In this document: positions 39,444 to 56,825 of the stretch, piece by piece
How the letters are laid out: each line of letters opens with the position of its first letter
Numbering within the stretch: the stretch's first letter is position 1
Source of the DNA: the human T2T-CHM13v2.0 reference genome, Homo sapiens
NCBI RefSeq assembly: GCF_009914755.1
Contig: NC_060926.1
Strand: one strand, 5' to 3'
DNA: 64,000 nt
The notes under the pieces: generated by a model
Database searches by the model: none
Seen by the model: the letters and a program-made list of their open reading frames with translations, nothing else
Told to the model about the DNA's origin: nothing
Program-made: the position numbers and the translations under genes

Positions 39444-39727
39444 GACCAGGCACTGTGGCTCACACCTGTCATCCCAGCGCTTTGGAAGGCCAAGAAGGGA
39501 AGATCGCTTGAGGTCAGGAGTTTGAGACTAGCCTGGGCAACATAGCAAGACCCTGTCTCTACAAAAAAAAAAAAATTGCTGGGTGTGGTGGCATGCTCTG
39601 GAGGCTGAGGCAGGAGGATCACTTGAGCCTGAGACTAAGGTTGCAGTGAGCCATGATTGGACCACTGCACTCCAGCCTGAGCAACAGAGTGAGACCCTGT
39701 CTCTATAAAAATAATAAATAAATAAAC
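39444..39727 (+). mobile_element. AluJ SINE with right-arm deletion
   Basis: CCTGGGCAACATAGCAAGACCCTG AluJ diagnostics; TSD core CCCTCCTCAA. Confidence 0.93.
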
Positions 39728-40248
39728 GAACCCTCCTCAAATTGCTCTAATTTGAGTGTACCATCTATTTTCTGCTGAGACCTTGATGGATACAACCTTA
39801 GATTTCAGATTGGTCCATAGAAAATAAAGGAAAGGACCTTGATATATAGGCCCTTTGTAACTATATTCCAGTTATATATTTTATACGTACATATATATAG
39901 ATGTATGCACACACACATACACACATATATAGTATGTGTGTCTGTATAATTGTTCTTAGTTTCCCCTAGCATGATAACACCATGAAGAAGTCAGAGGAGC
40001 ATAGATTTCTACCAGTTTCAATTCATATTTATCGCTATAACCCCAGTGCTCAAGCAAGCACTGGCACACAAGGGAAGTTCAACAAATATTTAAATAATTC
40101 TTGAATTGATGAAGATAAATGAACACTACTTCTCACACAGAGCTTGTTTGCCTTTGTTTGAGGGAGAAAAGAATACTGTGTTCTTTATTATAGAAAAGGC
40201 TAAAATAACTGAAGTAACTAAGGGAGCACTCTCTCTGACTTGGAGATG

Positions 40249-41660
<1,412 letters not shown>

Positions 41661-42779
41661 ATTCTTTGGGGCATCATTACAGTGCAAAAATACAATATTC
41701 TTTCCTCTCAGAGCCCGTACTCCTGGGTGACCCCCACTCAGACCCCTTCACACACCCAGCAGAGCAGGTGAGGCACAGGATCATATAAATTCTGTTTATT
41801 ACTCTGTTTCCCACCAGACTGGAAGCTCCCAGATGCAGAGAGTCTCACTTTCCTGTCCATCAAGGGTCCTGGCGAGAGGCTGGCACAGCACAGAGTGGGA
41901 CTGTGTAAATAGTGAGAAGTAAATGAAGGGGTAACTGAATAAATGGCTTCAGGAAGGAAGAAATTGGCCTCTCAGCAGGGCTGCAAAGCTTCAGCCCTGG
42001 TTGTTTGCAGATCTCTTTCTTTCTTTCCTCATTGTCCTGGGAGGTCGCTTCTCAGTGGGACCTGGCTTTTATATAATTGTTTGCAGTGTAACAATACTGC
42101 TCTATAGCTCTCAGGCAGTGGCCTAATTTCCCTCCTTTAATAAAAGGTACATGTCTTCTGTGGGAAATCAGTGATTTATTGAGTGACCAAGGACTGTTTC
42201 TGTCCATAATAGAAACCAGTACAGACAAGTTAGTTGCTGAAGGTGAGGAAGGAACATGACCAGCTACTCCTGAATAGGAAATTAATTTCATACCCTGGTG
42301 TGTCCTCGCTAATTTGGAGCTGGTTTCACCATGATGCTCTCCCTCAGATGGCTGGTCTCAGGGCAGCCAGTCCAGACAGCTTTTTAGTGAACTTTGTGTA
42401 TATAGCTCCCTCATGAGCCCCTGAGAATCTTGGAACACAAATTCAATATGAAATCAAAATTGGGAGCATTCATTCCACAATAAAAGAACATCTACTGAAT
42501 AGAGCATGAATGGTTGTTCATTATCCTTTCCTAATTTTTTCATTCCTTTTGGGACTTCTGGTGTCACTATCAGATAAGGGGTGGCAGGCACCACAGCTTA
42601 GGAAAAAATAATAGAAGCAAAAACATGAAATTAAGAAAATTCTCTCAGTTAACTTTTGTGCAAATTGGGACGAGGCTATCATTATAAATCATTATTTAAT
42701 TTCAGCAACAGAACATCCCAATCAAGCTTATAAGCCATTTTTGTCCTGCTGGAGCAAGCTTGAAAAGTCATGACATTCT

Positions 42780-42996
42780 AGAAAGAGCAGGGCTTTGAAC
42801 TTAGACAAAGCTGGGTTTCAGTCCTTACAATACTCCTCCACTTCCCTCTTATGATCTTGCACACGTTATATAACCAGCTTCAGCTTCCATTTGCTCATCC
42901 GTAAAATAGGGATAATGAACAACGCCTTATAGAGCTGCTGTAAGATTCAATGAAACAGCATTTGTAAAGCATGTCACATACGCTGCGTAAATATCA
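42780..42996 (+). mobile_element. MIR SINE
   Basis: AAGAGCAGGGCTTTGAA...CTCATCCGTAAAATAGGGATAAT. Confidence 0.8.
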
Positions 42997-44428
42997 GCCC
43001 CTAACCTCCCCCTTCTGCTGTATGTGGCATTTGTCATGGACACAGCAGTCCAGGGATGAATTATTTGTTAGGTAATTACTAATTATCTACTGATTCCTTC
43101 ATCAAACATTTGTGAGTCCCTGGAGAAAGGAGCTGTGGTAGTGAAGAATTAAAAACTGGGTTTGTGTCTGGAAGAATGGTCTGGTTTGTAGTTTGCTTTA
43201 TTTCCATGACTTGTTTCGAAATTGCCCCAGATATTTGGGTTGGTTTGAGTGAGTTGTGATGGCCGCATTGACCAATGTCAGATTTCCCCACGTGGTGTGA
43301 ACTGCATGGAAGGATGCTTTGGATTTCTTTCATTCATTCATGGCTGCATCTCAGCACCCAGCCCTCCTCCAGGACGGCCCTCAGCACTCATGAGGACCAC
43401 TCACCTGCATCCAGCAAACAGCTGTTTTTTGGGCCTCATCTAATGCAATATGATTTTCTCATTCCTGAGGCCCACATGAGAAAAGAGACCGAGGCAGGCC
43501 ATGGGAGAGTTGATGGTTTGGTTTTTATCTATTTCGTTTCATCGGAGCAGGAAGTGAATGGAATGGCTTCCTCCAGGTGCTATTTCTGCCCCCAGGAAAG
43601 AGCAAAGGGAAACAGCAATGTGTGAAAAGAAACTTGCAGGGTTAAAGGATTTATAAGAAATTGTAAACAGACTGCACCACGGAGCCCAGAGGCAAGTGAG
43701 GAGAATTGGAATCCTGTTCATTAAAGAGATAGGAGGCGCTTCCTTATTTGTTATCACAAATTTCTCCATTTTTGTTCCCTATGGAGAAATCTGTCTCCGC
43801 AGATATTTATAGTTCAGACTCCCAGAGGAAGGAAGCCCCCATCCCTGCTGCTCGAAAGTTATCTTCTGCTGACAGAGCACAGTGGAGGCACTGACCCTGT
43901 GTCTGCAGGACCACATTCAAGAAGGCAGAGGGTCGCCTGGGGTTTCCAGGAGGAGGAGTGGCTTCCAATTTTTCTTTTGGAAAAACACATTCTCAGCAGA
44001 GACATCATCATCTGTTCTCTTCACTTTTAAAGAAGGGTGACAGCCAAGATTGGTATTTTTCTAAAATTGCCCCTAGGTTGGAAAAGTCCCCCCTCTCTGG
44101 GCTGACCGCGGGGATCTGCTGACAACCAGGAAGTCCTCCTCCATCTGTGTGATCCCACATCACTTCAGAGTGAGCACATGCTTGCACCTGGTCCACGGCA
44201 GAAGCATCGTCACTAGGCTTAGCCTTCTTGTCCTGAAGTCATTCTGTTCACTTATTGAACACTCTCTGTGGCCCAGAACAATGCCCTGCCTCTGGAGACA
44301 ATATTCAGGGGTCACACTTGCCATCTCCAAGGAGCTCAGGCTCTATAGGGGGATGCAGAAGAAAGCAAATGGATTCAGAACTGTTTGGAGGGTGCCGTCT
44401 TCAATGGAGCCCTAAGCACTGTGGGGGT

Positions 44429-44899
44429 TGATGGGGTTCAAGACCTGCTACCCCAACACCTTGGCGTTTGAGAAAACAGCAGAAGCAGGAAGGTCTCTCT
44501 CACCTTCCCCCCAGAGGTAGGTCATGAGACACTCATGTGAGATCTGTCCTTTCTGTACCCAGAGGGAAAGAACATCCTTATCTCTGAAGACACAGGGACA
44601 CAGAGAAGAATGTGAACAACCAGGCCTTGTTAAGTTCTCCCCATTTTATTGCCATTAGATCAGATGCCCTTTGTCCAAACTTATTTTTATACAACTATCC
44701 TCTTCTTCATCAAACCAAGCATAAAAATATATGTGTAACCATTTCTTCAGGTCTTCGTTTCCTCATGAGGGCTCCTGTGTCATGTAAAACTTACATTAAA
44801 CATATTTGCATGCTTTCCTCTTGTTAATCCGTCTTTTGATATAAGGGTCTCAGCCATGAATTGAGGATGGTTGAGGAAAGACTGCTTTTCCTCCCTGCA
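44429..44899 (+). mobile_element. ERV1-class solo LTR (MER34/MER4-group-like) inserted in L2
   Basis: TG...CA termini, 471 bp, 4-bp TSD GGGT (44425-44428 / 44900-44903), ATTAAA at 44795. Confidence 0.82.
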
Positions 44900-46154
44900 G
44901 GGTGGGGTGTGAGGCAGGGTCATGGGAAGGCACAGACTTCGGAAGGGCCATGTAGTGAGCAAGGGGGACTGATGGGGAAGGAATGCTGACAGCAGGTGTG
45001 AGAAGGTTTGTGAGGCTCAGGGCTGTGAGGAGGCACACATGGCAGCAGCAAAGGGCCTGGCAGAACTGGAGATCCCAATGGGGAGGGAGAGGGACAGGAG
45101 TTCAGAGGACAGAGGTCGGGGGTTGAGGGAAGGCCTGAAGTATGTCCTGCCTTACTTGAAGGACTTGGTGCTTGACTCTGAAGGCAGCAGAATTCATCCA
45201 GGTTTCCTTGCACACTGGATTTTTGTATTTTTTGGCTTTGAAAGAAATATTTTACCATGGATGAAATGTTAAAATTTCATCCATGAAATGTTAAAATAGA
45301 CACAGAAGTAGAATAGTTAACACAGAAGTAGAATAGTATAACCAGCCTCTTCATACCTGTTATCCAGGTGCAATAATTATCAGTACATGGTCAATCTTGT
45401 TTCATTTCTATTTTCCATTGCTCCACTCCCCCTGATGACTTATTTTAATTAATTCAACCCCCAAGACACTATATTATTTCATTTGTCAGGAGTTCAGGAT
45501 GTATCTCTAAGACAAAAAGACTATTTTTTAAAACACCATAATCTCATTATTGCACCTTAAAAATGAACAATCATTCTATAATGTCACTAATAATCAGCCA
45601 GTTTTCAAGTTTCCCCATTTGGCTCAGAGTGTTTTTGTACAGTGTTGTGTTGGATCCAGACAAGACCCACACATTGCATGTGGCTGGAAAGTCTCTGAAT
45701 TCTTGTTATATCATAACAATTCCTCCACTCCTCACTACCACCTGCCCCACCTCACAGACCATGCACATTTCTTTGGTTTGGTCATGGAGAGGATTTGAGC
45801 AGGTGTGTCATGGGCCGGGGGTGCTGGCTAGAACAATCCCCTGGGGAGGGTATACAGAACAGGGCCAGGTGACCCAGAAACATGGTTGGAAAAGGAAAAG
45901 TGTGCAAGGACAAGGCAGTAAAGATGGAAAGGAGGGCACCCACGTCTAAGAAATAGTTAAAGTGAAACTGGAACAATCAGCGACTGATTGGAGGGACAGG
46001 GTGAGCAAGAGGAGGAGTCAGCTGGTGGTACCCAGCTTTCTGATTTAAGCAGTAGGAGTACAGGGTGTTATTAACTAGAAGGAGGGAGTTGGGGTAGGGG
46101 GAGGAGCAAAGCATTATTGGGATACAGATTTGGTTGTTTAAACAAAGACCAAAA

Positions 46155-46204
46155 CAAAACATACACACACACGCACACACACACACACAACACACACATG
46201 CACA
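46155..46204. repeat. Imperfect (CA)n microsatellite
   Basis: Direct reading. Confidence 0.9.
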
Positions 46205-46308
46205 AAGTGACTTAGACAACATTATTTTCTGCCTAAATGTTAAAGCTTAAGCAGCTTACAACCAAGGTGGTGGCTCCATGGTTTTGGGATGCCAGCGCCT
46301 TGTACTAC

Positions 46309-48907
<2,599 letters not shown>

Positions 48908-48912
48908 ACTAC

Positions 48913-49166
48913 CTTGTTCCACTATCTACTGGTCCAGCACAGCTCACCACCAGGTACACGTGGCCCAAGTGAAACAGAAGAATAATACGCCTCTCCCCTT
49001 GAAAGTTATCACCCACGAGTAGCTCACATCCTTTTGCCTAGAACTTGGTCACACGGCCATGCATAGCTGCAGGGGAAATGGGAAATGGCTTATGCTCAGC
49101 TAAGACTGTGGTTCCACAGTAAAGGAAGAAAGGGTGAATAGATGGGGTGGGGAAGTCTTTGCAACA
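48913..49166 (-). mobile_element. Old MLT1J/K-like LTR part (host of THE1A; other part ~46210-46303)
   Basis: CTCACATCC...AGAACTTGGTCACACGGCCA...AGCTGCAGGGGA motifs. Confidence 0.65.
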
Positions 49167-49704
49167 GAAGGTGTGGTACAGTTTGGGACACATTGAGTTT
49201 CAGGTGACCACGGTAATTTCCAGTGGAGATATGTGCAACCCAAAAGAGAATTCTTAGGGGGAATGTTGGACTTAGGAATTATGATTGTCATTAGGAAGTC
49301 ACCAGGGTTTGATCAACGGAGGAACCCAACTGACCTGGAATCTAGGAAGGTGAACGTTGCATGTATGTCTTTTGCAAGATCAGTTGGGAAAAGGCAAGGC
49401 TGAAACTGGATCATTTAAGAGCTGCTATCGTGATCTTGAAGACTTTGCAGGGAAATGGCCACAGGACTTAGCAACTGGTTAGATAGGATGGAAGAGGCAG
49501 AGGGGGGAGTCCAAGGTGACTCGAGGTGCTCAGCCTGAGCACCTTGGCAGGTGAAGATGCAGTTTACAGAAAAAGACAGCCAGAAGGAGGAACAGCTCTC
49601 TCACACCATGGTGGATGGGGGCTGGGAGGGAAGGAGGAAGATTAGCCAATTTTTAGATATTTTAACATGAGGTGCCAAGAGCCAGCCAGGTGGCAATGAG
49701 ATAA

Positions 49705-49900
49705 AGGCTAGTGCAGAGCTTAGACTCAGTGTCAGAGTTCAAACGCAGGTTCTGCCACTTCTTAGCCATGTGACCTCAGGCAAGTATTTAACACCTCTGC
49801 ACTTCAGAGTCCTCCTGGGTAAAACAGGAATAATAAGGATTGTGTACATGCGTGTAAAACAGGCATGGAGTAGGTGCTAGATATGTTTGATTTTATGATT
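49705..49900 (+). mobile_element. MIR SINE
   Basis: TTCTGCCACTTCTTAGCCATGTGACCTCAGGCAAGTATTTAAC. Confidence 0.85.
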
Positions 49901-50911
49901 ACAAGGGATAATAGTAAGTTGTGTCACTGGCAGTTGGAAAAACAAGCCAGTAACTCCAGGCAGGGGTTAGAGGTAAAGATCTGGGAATTTCAGCACGGAG
50001 GTGGGAGCGTGTAAGATCCCCAGAGTGGGAGCTGGCAAGTGGCAGCACATGCCTGGGGAACACGCAAGTGTTAGGGGGGCCTCCCCAACACTCCCCCACC
50101 AGGCATGGTCTCTGTACCATAGATCTCTCACTTTCACAGCTCCTACCAGCCTCTCCCTCTCCATCATTCAGCTGATTGATGGAAAAGCCCATCTCCCTTA
50201 GACGCCATGGGATCAGGCCCCATGCTGAATCCAGCCCAGCCTGCCAAGCCCCACACAGAGTAGGTGCTCAGTAATTTTTTGTTGTTTGAAGGAACCAGGT
50301 GCCAGGGGAAGGGGGAGGATTTTCCTGAGGGTTGGGGGAGTCTACAAATATTTGTGTGCCAAACAGAACTTCATGGAGAAGAAAACATTAGGATGATGTT
50401 GAGGGGAGAAGGGAGGGTTAATATTGCCAGCACTGCCCACAACTTAACAGCAGCTGTGCTCCACCCTAAGGCTTATTAAGTGTTAAAATGGTTTTGCTGA
50501 GGAGGAAATGCGGTCAGCCAAGTGCATCTGATCACATAAGCAAGTGAAAAATATGCAGCCAATGTAGGGAATGGCTGATTAGAAGCCAAAAACACACACA
50601 CCTGTGGCTTTCCTCGAGGTCTGCTGGTCATCTTCCTGGTGCTTATCCACGAAGCCTCAGGGGGACACCCAATAACTCCGAGCACTTATTTATTTGCAAA
50701 GGACTGCCAAGTATTTTACAAACATAATAAATGACTCTGAGGGCAGAGGAATGATCCTGCTTCTCTTCCAAGAAGGAGGAAGGCACAGTTGGGCACTCAG
50801 TGTCCTCCTCCAAATAATCCATCCTTGTCAAAGCAAGGGTGGATGCCCCAGCTTCCGGCTCTCCAGCTGTGACTCCACCACTGAGCGAGAGCAGGAAGGG
50901 CTCCTAGGCAC

Positions 50912-51274
50912 TGTGGAGGGCTGCAAGTTGGTGCCCCTGAGTTCACAGATTCACATGTTGAAACCTAAGCCCCAGTGTGACGGTGTTACAAGGCAGGGCC
51001 AGTGGGAGGGGAACAGGTCACAAGGATGGGGCCCTCAAAAATGGAATTAATGCCTTCATAAAAGAGGCCCCTGGAGAGCTCTTTCTGCCATGTGAGGATA
51101 CAGTGAGAAGGTGGCTGCCTGCAGCCCCAAAGAGAACCCTGACCAGAATTTGACTATTGCTGACTTCCTGATCTTGGACTTCCAACCTCCAGAGCTGTGA
51201 GAAACAGATTTCTGCTGTTTATAAGCTGCCCAGTTTATGGTACTTTGCTATCACACCTCAAATGGACCAAGACA
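50912..51274 (+). mobile_element. MLT1A-type MaLR solo LTR
   Basis: ATTCACATGTTGAAACCTAA, CCATGTGAGGATACAGTGAGAAGG, GATCTTGGACTTCCAACCTCCAGA, ends AAGACA. Confidence 0.88.
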
Positions 51275-51599
51275 GAGGCCATCCACTCCAACCGCATGCT
51301 CTCATCTTAATGATGAGGAAACTGAGGCTGTCAGGGCGATGGGTTGGGCAGAGAGTAAGTTCCACTGAGTACCCACTCTGTGCCTGGCCAGTGCTAGCTG
51401 CTCCTTCATATGTCCTGCAGAGAAGCCTCATAAATATTTTCTGTAGCTTGTTGGAAGCATTAATATGCATAGCTCAGTCAGTGAAGGCAAACCTCCATGG
51501 CCAGTTATTGGCAGAGCTTTGGCCCAAACCCCAAGTCCGCGCCTGCTGCATCCATCGGGAGGGGCAAGGTGATGCTGCGGAAACAGCCCATAGAGTGAC

Positions 51600-51922
51600 A
51601 AGGGGCTGTCTATAGCTCATGCTCTATGTGCACCATGGATTGGCAGGGGCTCTTTTCTCTGCTGTCACCTTCACATAGGAATACGCGAGGGACCCAGACC
51701 AGGGGAGGTGCCACCTCTTAAGTGCCAGGAGAGGAGAAGGAAGAGAGTGACTTACGCTGTGCTGGCTTGTAAACATACGCCCAGAAGCACACACTTCACA
51801 GTTCACTGGGCACACAAACCATTTGCCACACCCATCCTCAAGGGAAGGGAGAGGGCAAGTTTGCTGCGTGACTGGGAAACACGCAGGAAATACCTGGTGG
51901 GCAGTGCGATGGGATCACCACC
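51600..51922 (-). mobile_element. Old MLT1K/L-like LTR fragment
   Basis: CACACTTCACAGTTCACTGG...GCCACACCCATCCTCAAGGG motifs; highly diverged. Confidence 0.5.
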
Positions 51923-52240
51923 ACGCTTTTTCTTCTGCCCCTCCTGGCCCCCAGAGAAGCACTGAGATGATCCTTGGATGGCAGAGCCCCCACCCCTCCC
52001 TGTACATCACTCTGCTTTCCCCATTATCTCCCTCTGCCTGGCTAAAAAATCCCAAAATCTTTATTGTTTCTCCTATGGGAACTGCATATATATGTCGGCA
52101 GACATTTACAGACCGTAGACCTGAAAGATGATATAAAAGGATAACTGAAATTACAGGCTACAAAGTCTAATAAAATAGCACTCGGGTTTCCCCAGATTCT
52201 TGACATCAGTGTTTATTTTCTGCATAACACTGGAAAGGAA

Positions 52241-52457
52241 TTCTTTTCTAGACTCTCTTTCTCTCTTTCTTTTCTTTTCTTTCTTTCTTTCTTTCTTTCT
52301 TTCTCTCTCTTTATTTCTTTATTTCTTTCCTTTCCTTCCTTCCCTCTCTCCCTCCCTCCCTTCCTTCTTTCCTTCGCTACTCTCTCTCCCTCCTTCCTTC
52401 CTCCTTCTCTCCTTCCTTCCCTCTTTCCTCCCTTCCCTGCTTCCTTTCTTTTGCCTC
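52241..52457. repeat. Polypyrimidine low-complexity tract (TTTC/CCTT)
   Basis: ~215 bp almost purely C/T on +. Confidence 0.95.
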
Positions 52458-52607
52458 CAAACTGTATGCAGAACTTTTATATTACTTTAATTTGAAATTA
52501 ATGTAAGGAAGTAAAGAGAGTTCCTAAATAGTATTTTATAAATTGTACGTGGGTGTATATCATTACGGAAGCATTTTAAACATAGGCAAATGTAGAGTGC
52601 ATAGTAC

Positions 52608-53432
52608 ATGGTTGTTTCAAAATGTGTTCGTGAGTCCTTTGACACATCTCTCATCAAGCAGTGGAGTCTATGTCCCTCTCCCCTTATAGCCGAATGGACC
52701 TTGTGACTACCTTGGCCAAAGAATGTGACAGAAATCCTGCTGGAGACTCTGACACAGGTGAGAGAGGGCAGCACAGGGACATACACCTTGGGAGCCTAGG
52801 GCCACCATGTGAGGAGTCTGAAAGAGCTGTCACACTGGAGAATCACACACACAGGAGCCCAGGGAGCCTTTGATGTGGGAGTCTCCCCAGCCCAGGTGCC
52901 AGACATGTGCCTGAGTGAGCCCTGAGCTGATTCCAGCGCAGCCGACTGTAACTACACGAGAGATGGTCTTAGTCCCTTCAGGCTGCTAAAACAAATCACC
53001 GCAGACTGGGCAGCTTGTAAACAACAGAAACTTATGTCTCACAGATCTGAAGGCTGGGCAGTAGGAGGTCAGAATGCCAGCATGGCCGGGGTCTGGTGAG
53101 GGCCTCTGCCTGGCTGCAGGCTGCTGACTCCTCCTTGGGTCCTCAGGTATCAGCCAGCGGCAGGCAGCAAGCTCTCTCCGGACTCTCATCCTTATCGCCC
53201 GCCAAAGGCCCACCCCTAATCCCATCGCACTGGGGAGTGGTGTTTTAACATAAGAATTTGGGTGGGGGGACACAAACATTTAGTCCATAACAAAAACATC
53301 AAAGCAAGAACCACCTAGCAGTGTTTGTTAAATCCCTAGGAGCTTGAGAGAGAATAATAAGATGACAGCAGTAGATTTAAGCCTCAACATCTTAAATGTG
53401 ATACGTTGCACAACCACAGGTAACCAAAACAC
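52608..53432 (+). mobile_element. MLT1F/G/H-like LTR split by an MLT1A
   Basis: CATCAAGCAGTGGAGTCTATGTCCCTC, CCAGCCCAGGTGCCAGACATGTG; ends GGTAACCAAAACA. Confidence 0.7.
52964..53292 (-). mobile_element. MLT1A-type MaLR solo LTR
   Basis: GTCTTAGTCC...GCTGCTAAAACAAA start, GGGGACACAAACATTTAGTCCATAACA end. Confidence 0.88.
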
Positions 53433-53683
53433 ATCTGATGAACCCCACGTACCCATGGGCCCACCCGGCAGCTTCAACAGTTATCAGCTAAAGGCCAATC
53501 TTGTTACATCTAAACTCACACAGTGGCTCTACTTTATATTATTTTGGAGCAAATCTCATATGTTTCATTATATCGTTTCACCTATACATATTCTAGCATT
53601 TATCTAAAAAGGTGATTATAAGTATGTATCACATATATATGTCTATACATATAGACACATATATGTAAAAACACAGCCCCATA

Positions 53684-54237
53684 TGTTGTTGGTTGAATTG
53701 GGGGCCCCAAAAAGATATGTCAAAGTCCTAACGTCCAGTACCTGTGAATGTGAACTTATTGGGAAATAAGATCTTTACTGATGTAATGAAGTTAAGATGG
53801 GGTTACGTGGGATTAGGGTGGACATAATCAATGACTGATGGGCAGAGAGACCCACAGACAGAAAGAGAGGAGGCCACATGAGGATGGAAGCAGAGGTTGT
53901 GCTGATGCATCTACAAGTCAAGGAACCCCAAGAATTGCAGCAACTGGGACTGTCCCCCACACATCAAGGGGTGGCTTCTCAAGCTAGGATGTCTTCTGCT
54001 AGGACTTAGAGAAGTTGGGACCCATTTCATGCTTTTCCAGCACGGGATTGGTCCAATTGCAGAGGCTGAGAGAGGGGCCTAGAACAGATTTTCTCTCATT
54101 GCCTCTAGAAGGAACCAACCCTGCTCACACCTTGATTTCAAACTTTTAGCCTCCAGAACTGTCAGAGACTCCATTCCCGTTGTTTTAAGACATCCAGTTT
54201 GTGGGACGTGTTACAGAGGCCCTGGGAAATGAACACA
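53684..54237 (+). mobile_element. MLT1C-like solo LTR carrying a foreign ~110-bp insert
   Basis: CCCCAAAAAGATATGTC, CAGTACCTGTGAATGTGA, AAGGAACCAACCCTGC; non-LTR insert 53950-54060. Confidence 0.88.
53950..54043 (-). repeat. 94-bp inverted duplicate of 55096-55189
   Basis: Hand alignment of the reverse complement: 89/94 identical, no gaps. Confidence 0.95.
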
Positions 54238-54254
54238 GCATCCGCGAGCACTCT

Positions 54255-54572
<318 letters not shown>

Positions 54573-55749
54573 TAAGTTGGAGATTTGGTGTATGCTTTTC
54601 CTCTCATGCATTGCTTCTCATCCTTCTCGAGAGTTTTAGAGATTCTAGTCACACATGGAATTATTATTTTGTACATAATAAAAATAAAAGACTGTCAACA
54701 GTACTGGGCTTATCATTGTGGTTTCCCTCTCGGTGGAAGGTGTTACAGTCCAATAGAAGTAATCATTGCCTGGACCCAGACAAGAGAAGTCAGTGACCCA
54801 GGGATGTTGTGAAAACCCCCGTTTTAGCCAGTGCATGTGGATTTGGGGGAGTTGATTCTTCTGTCAGAGGTTTGTTTACTCGGTTGTTGTTTTTTAGTTG
54901 TTGTCTTTTTAATAAGATTAACCCTTTATACGCTAAGGTACTATTGTGGAAGTAAATGAGATGACTCATGAGAACAACTGGGCTGATGGCCAGCAGTTTG
55001 GAGCATTGCTTCCGCTTTGAGTGACCAAAGTGGGAAGAGAACCCAGGTTGCTGAGTCTCTTGAGCTCCTCCAAGTGGTGAAACAGCTGCGAGTCTGTGCT
55101 GGAAAAGCATGAAATGGGTCCCATCTTCTCTAAGTCCAAGCAGAAAACGTCCTAGCTTGAGAAGCCACCCCTTGATGTATGGGGGACAGAATAGCAGGGC
55201 CCGACGAAGTGTGCTTTAGGAGTGTGGGGGAGGGATTCTAAACAAGCGTTCTGAAATTCTGCCATAGGAAAAATTAGTCCTTTTCTCCTGAGCTTTGAAT
55301 TTGCATCTTCCGAAATATACGCAGTAACCCAAGTGGTTCCCACCACCCTGGAGACAGTTAACTCATTACAGTCCCTCCAGGACTGGAGGGGCCGGATGGC
55401 AGGCAGGCATGAGGCAGCCAGAGGAGGGGCCCCTAGAGGCTGCCTTGTCCCTACGGGCTCTGGTGGGGTTGGCTAAAGCACAAGACCAATGCGGCCGGCT
55501 GCAGGATTGGGTGTAGGTCCTCCCAGCTCTCCAAATCTTGGAAATGTAGTTCTTATTCCTGGTTCTTCTGCTGGGCAAGGCATTCTGCCTCCCTGAACTC
55601 AGCTTCCTTCCATGTTGAAGGAGGGTGTTGGGCTGGACAGCGCAGAGGCCCCTTCAGGATCCTTTCATCCGTGGCATCACTAACTAGAGCAGCACTCACC
55701 GAGGCCAGAGAAAGGGCTGTCTGCTTTTACAGCTGGGTGTTGGCCTGCC

Positions 55750-56127
55750 TGTTAAGTTGGGCTTCAAGGAAGAGAAAACTGAGTGAATGGTGGCTTTAGC
55801 AATAAAGATGCCTGGTCAACAAAGGGAAGCAAAGGCTCTCGATTCAGGGCTGCCGGCTCCGCAGTGCAGCTGCCGCTGGTTTTCAGCCTTGTGTGGCTTC
55901 CTAGGTGCCAAATGGCTGGGCCCCCTCCTACACTGTTGTGCTTCATACAGGAGCAAAAATCCTTCCGAAGAGCACCCCGGCTGGCTCCCCTTACATCACA
56001 ATGGCCAGAACTGGGGCCTGCCCACCTGCCTGGATGTCCGGGTGTGTCCGGACCAAAGCTGAGCTCTGTTGGCAGCAGGAAGAGAGACTCCTGTTGAGCA
56101 GGCAGCCTGTTGGCCAAGCCAGCCATA
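55750..56127 (-). mobile_element. Old MLT1J/K/L-like LTR
   Basis: TGGTGGCTTTAGCAA, AAATGGCTG and CCCCTTACATCACAATGGCCAGAACTGG motifs. Confidence 0.55.
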
Positions 56128-56825
56128 TCCACGGCTTCTCTGAGGTTCTCAGGTCAGAATCACGACATTAATAGTGTTATTGCCATGGAAAAGAAAATGA
56201 GCTTCAGGATAATCTGCTTTACAATGCCACTTCTGGAAAATTCCACTGGCAAAATGTAGGGCTTGCCTCTATTTTACTCCCTCTCCTAGCAAGGGGCACC
56301 TTGTTAGGAATCCTGTTTTGACAGAGCCCAGGGTAGGTTTTGTCATGACTCAGAGGGAAGATGGGGCCACCAACTCCCCTCCCTTTATGAGGAGCCTCTG
56401 CCTACTTCAAAGCTGGTGTCCTGAGCTCTGCCACAGGTGAGTGAGACAGAGAAATCCACAGAGGTGTCTCCATAGAAACCCCAGGGATTCTGCACTGTGG
56501 TCACCCCCACAGAAAAGCATCCACCCTGGCTCCTCGGCCAGGAGCTGGCCTCTGACAGAAGCTGCTTCCTGTTTTCACTGCGTTTCCTCGAAGACTTCAG
56601 CTGCTCATCCTGATTTCCTGGTGAAAACAATTTCCCCATCACTAGCCCAGTGTTGACTCCAGAACCCAGGCATGTGGGATGAGACGTCCAGGGGAGGAAG
56701 AGGAGGGGTGGAACGCTGCATGACAGTCTACTGGAGAGGAAAGATACGAATGAATGGCAGAGGTGGAGATGGTGTTTTTAAAAAGATAGAATTAAGGCAG
56801 AGGGCTCTGCCACAGCCTGCCTGCC

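Larger units (their letters stand above)
38683..39794 (+). mobile_element. LTR33-like solo LTR containing a minisatellite and an Alu
   Basis: GGAGGAGAGTGAGGTTGAGTAT before the array; TGTCCCTCCACCAAAGTCACTGCTCC after; end AATTTGAGTGTACCATCTATTTTCTGCTGAGACCTTGATGGATACA. Confidence 0.8.
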
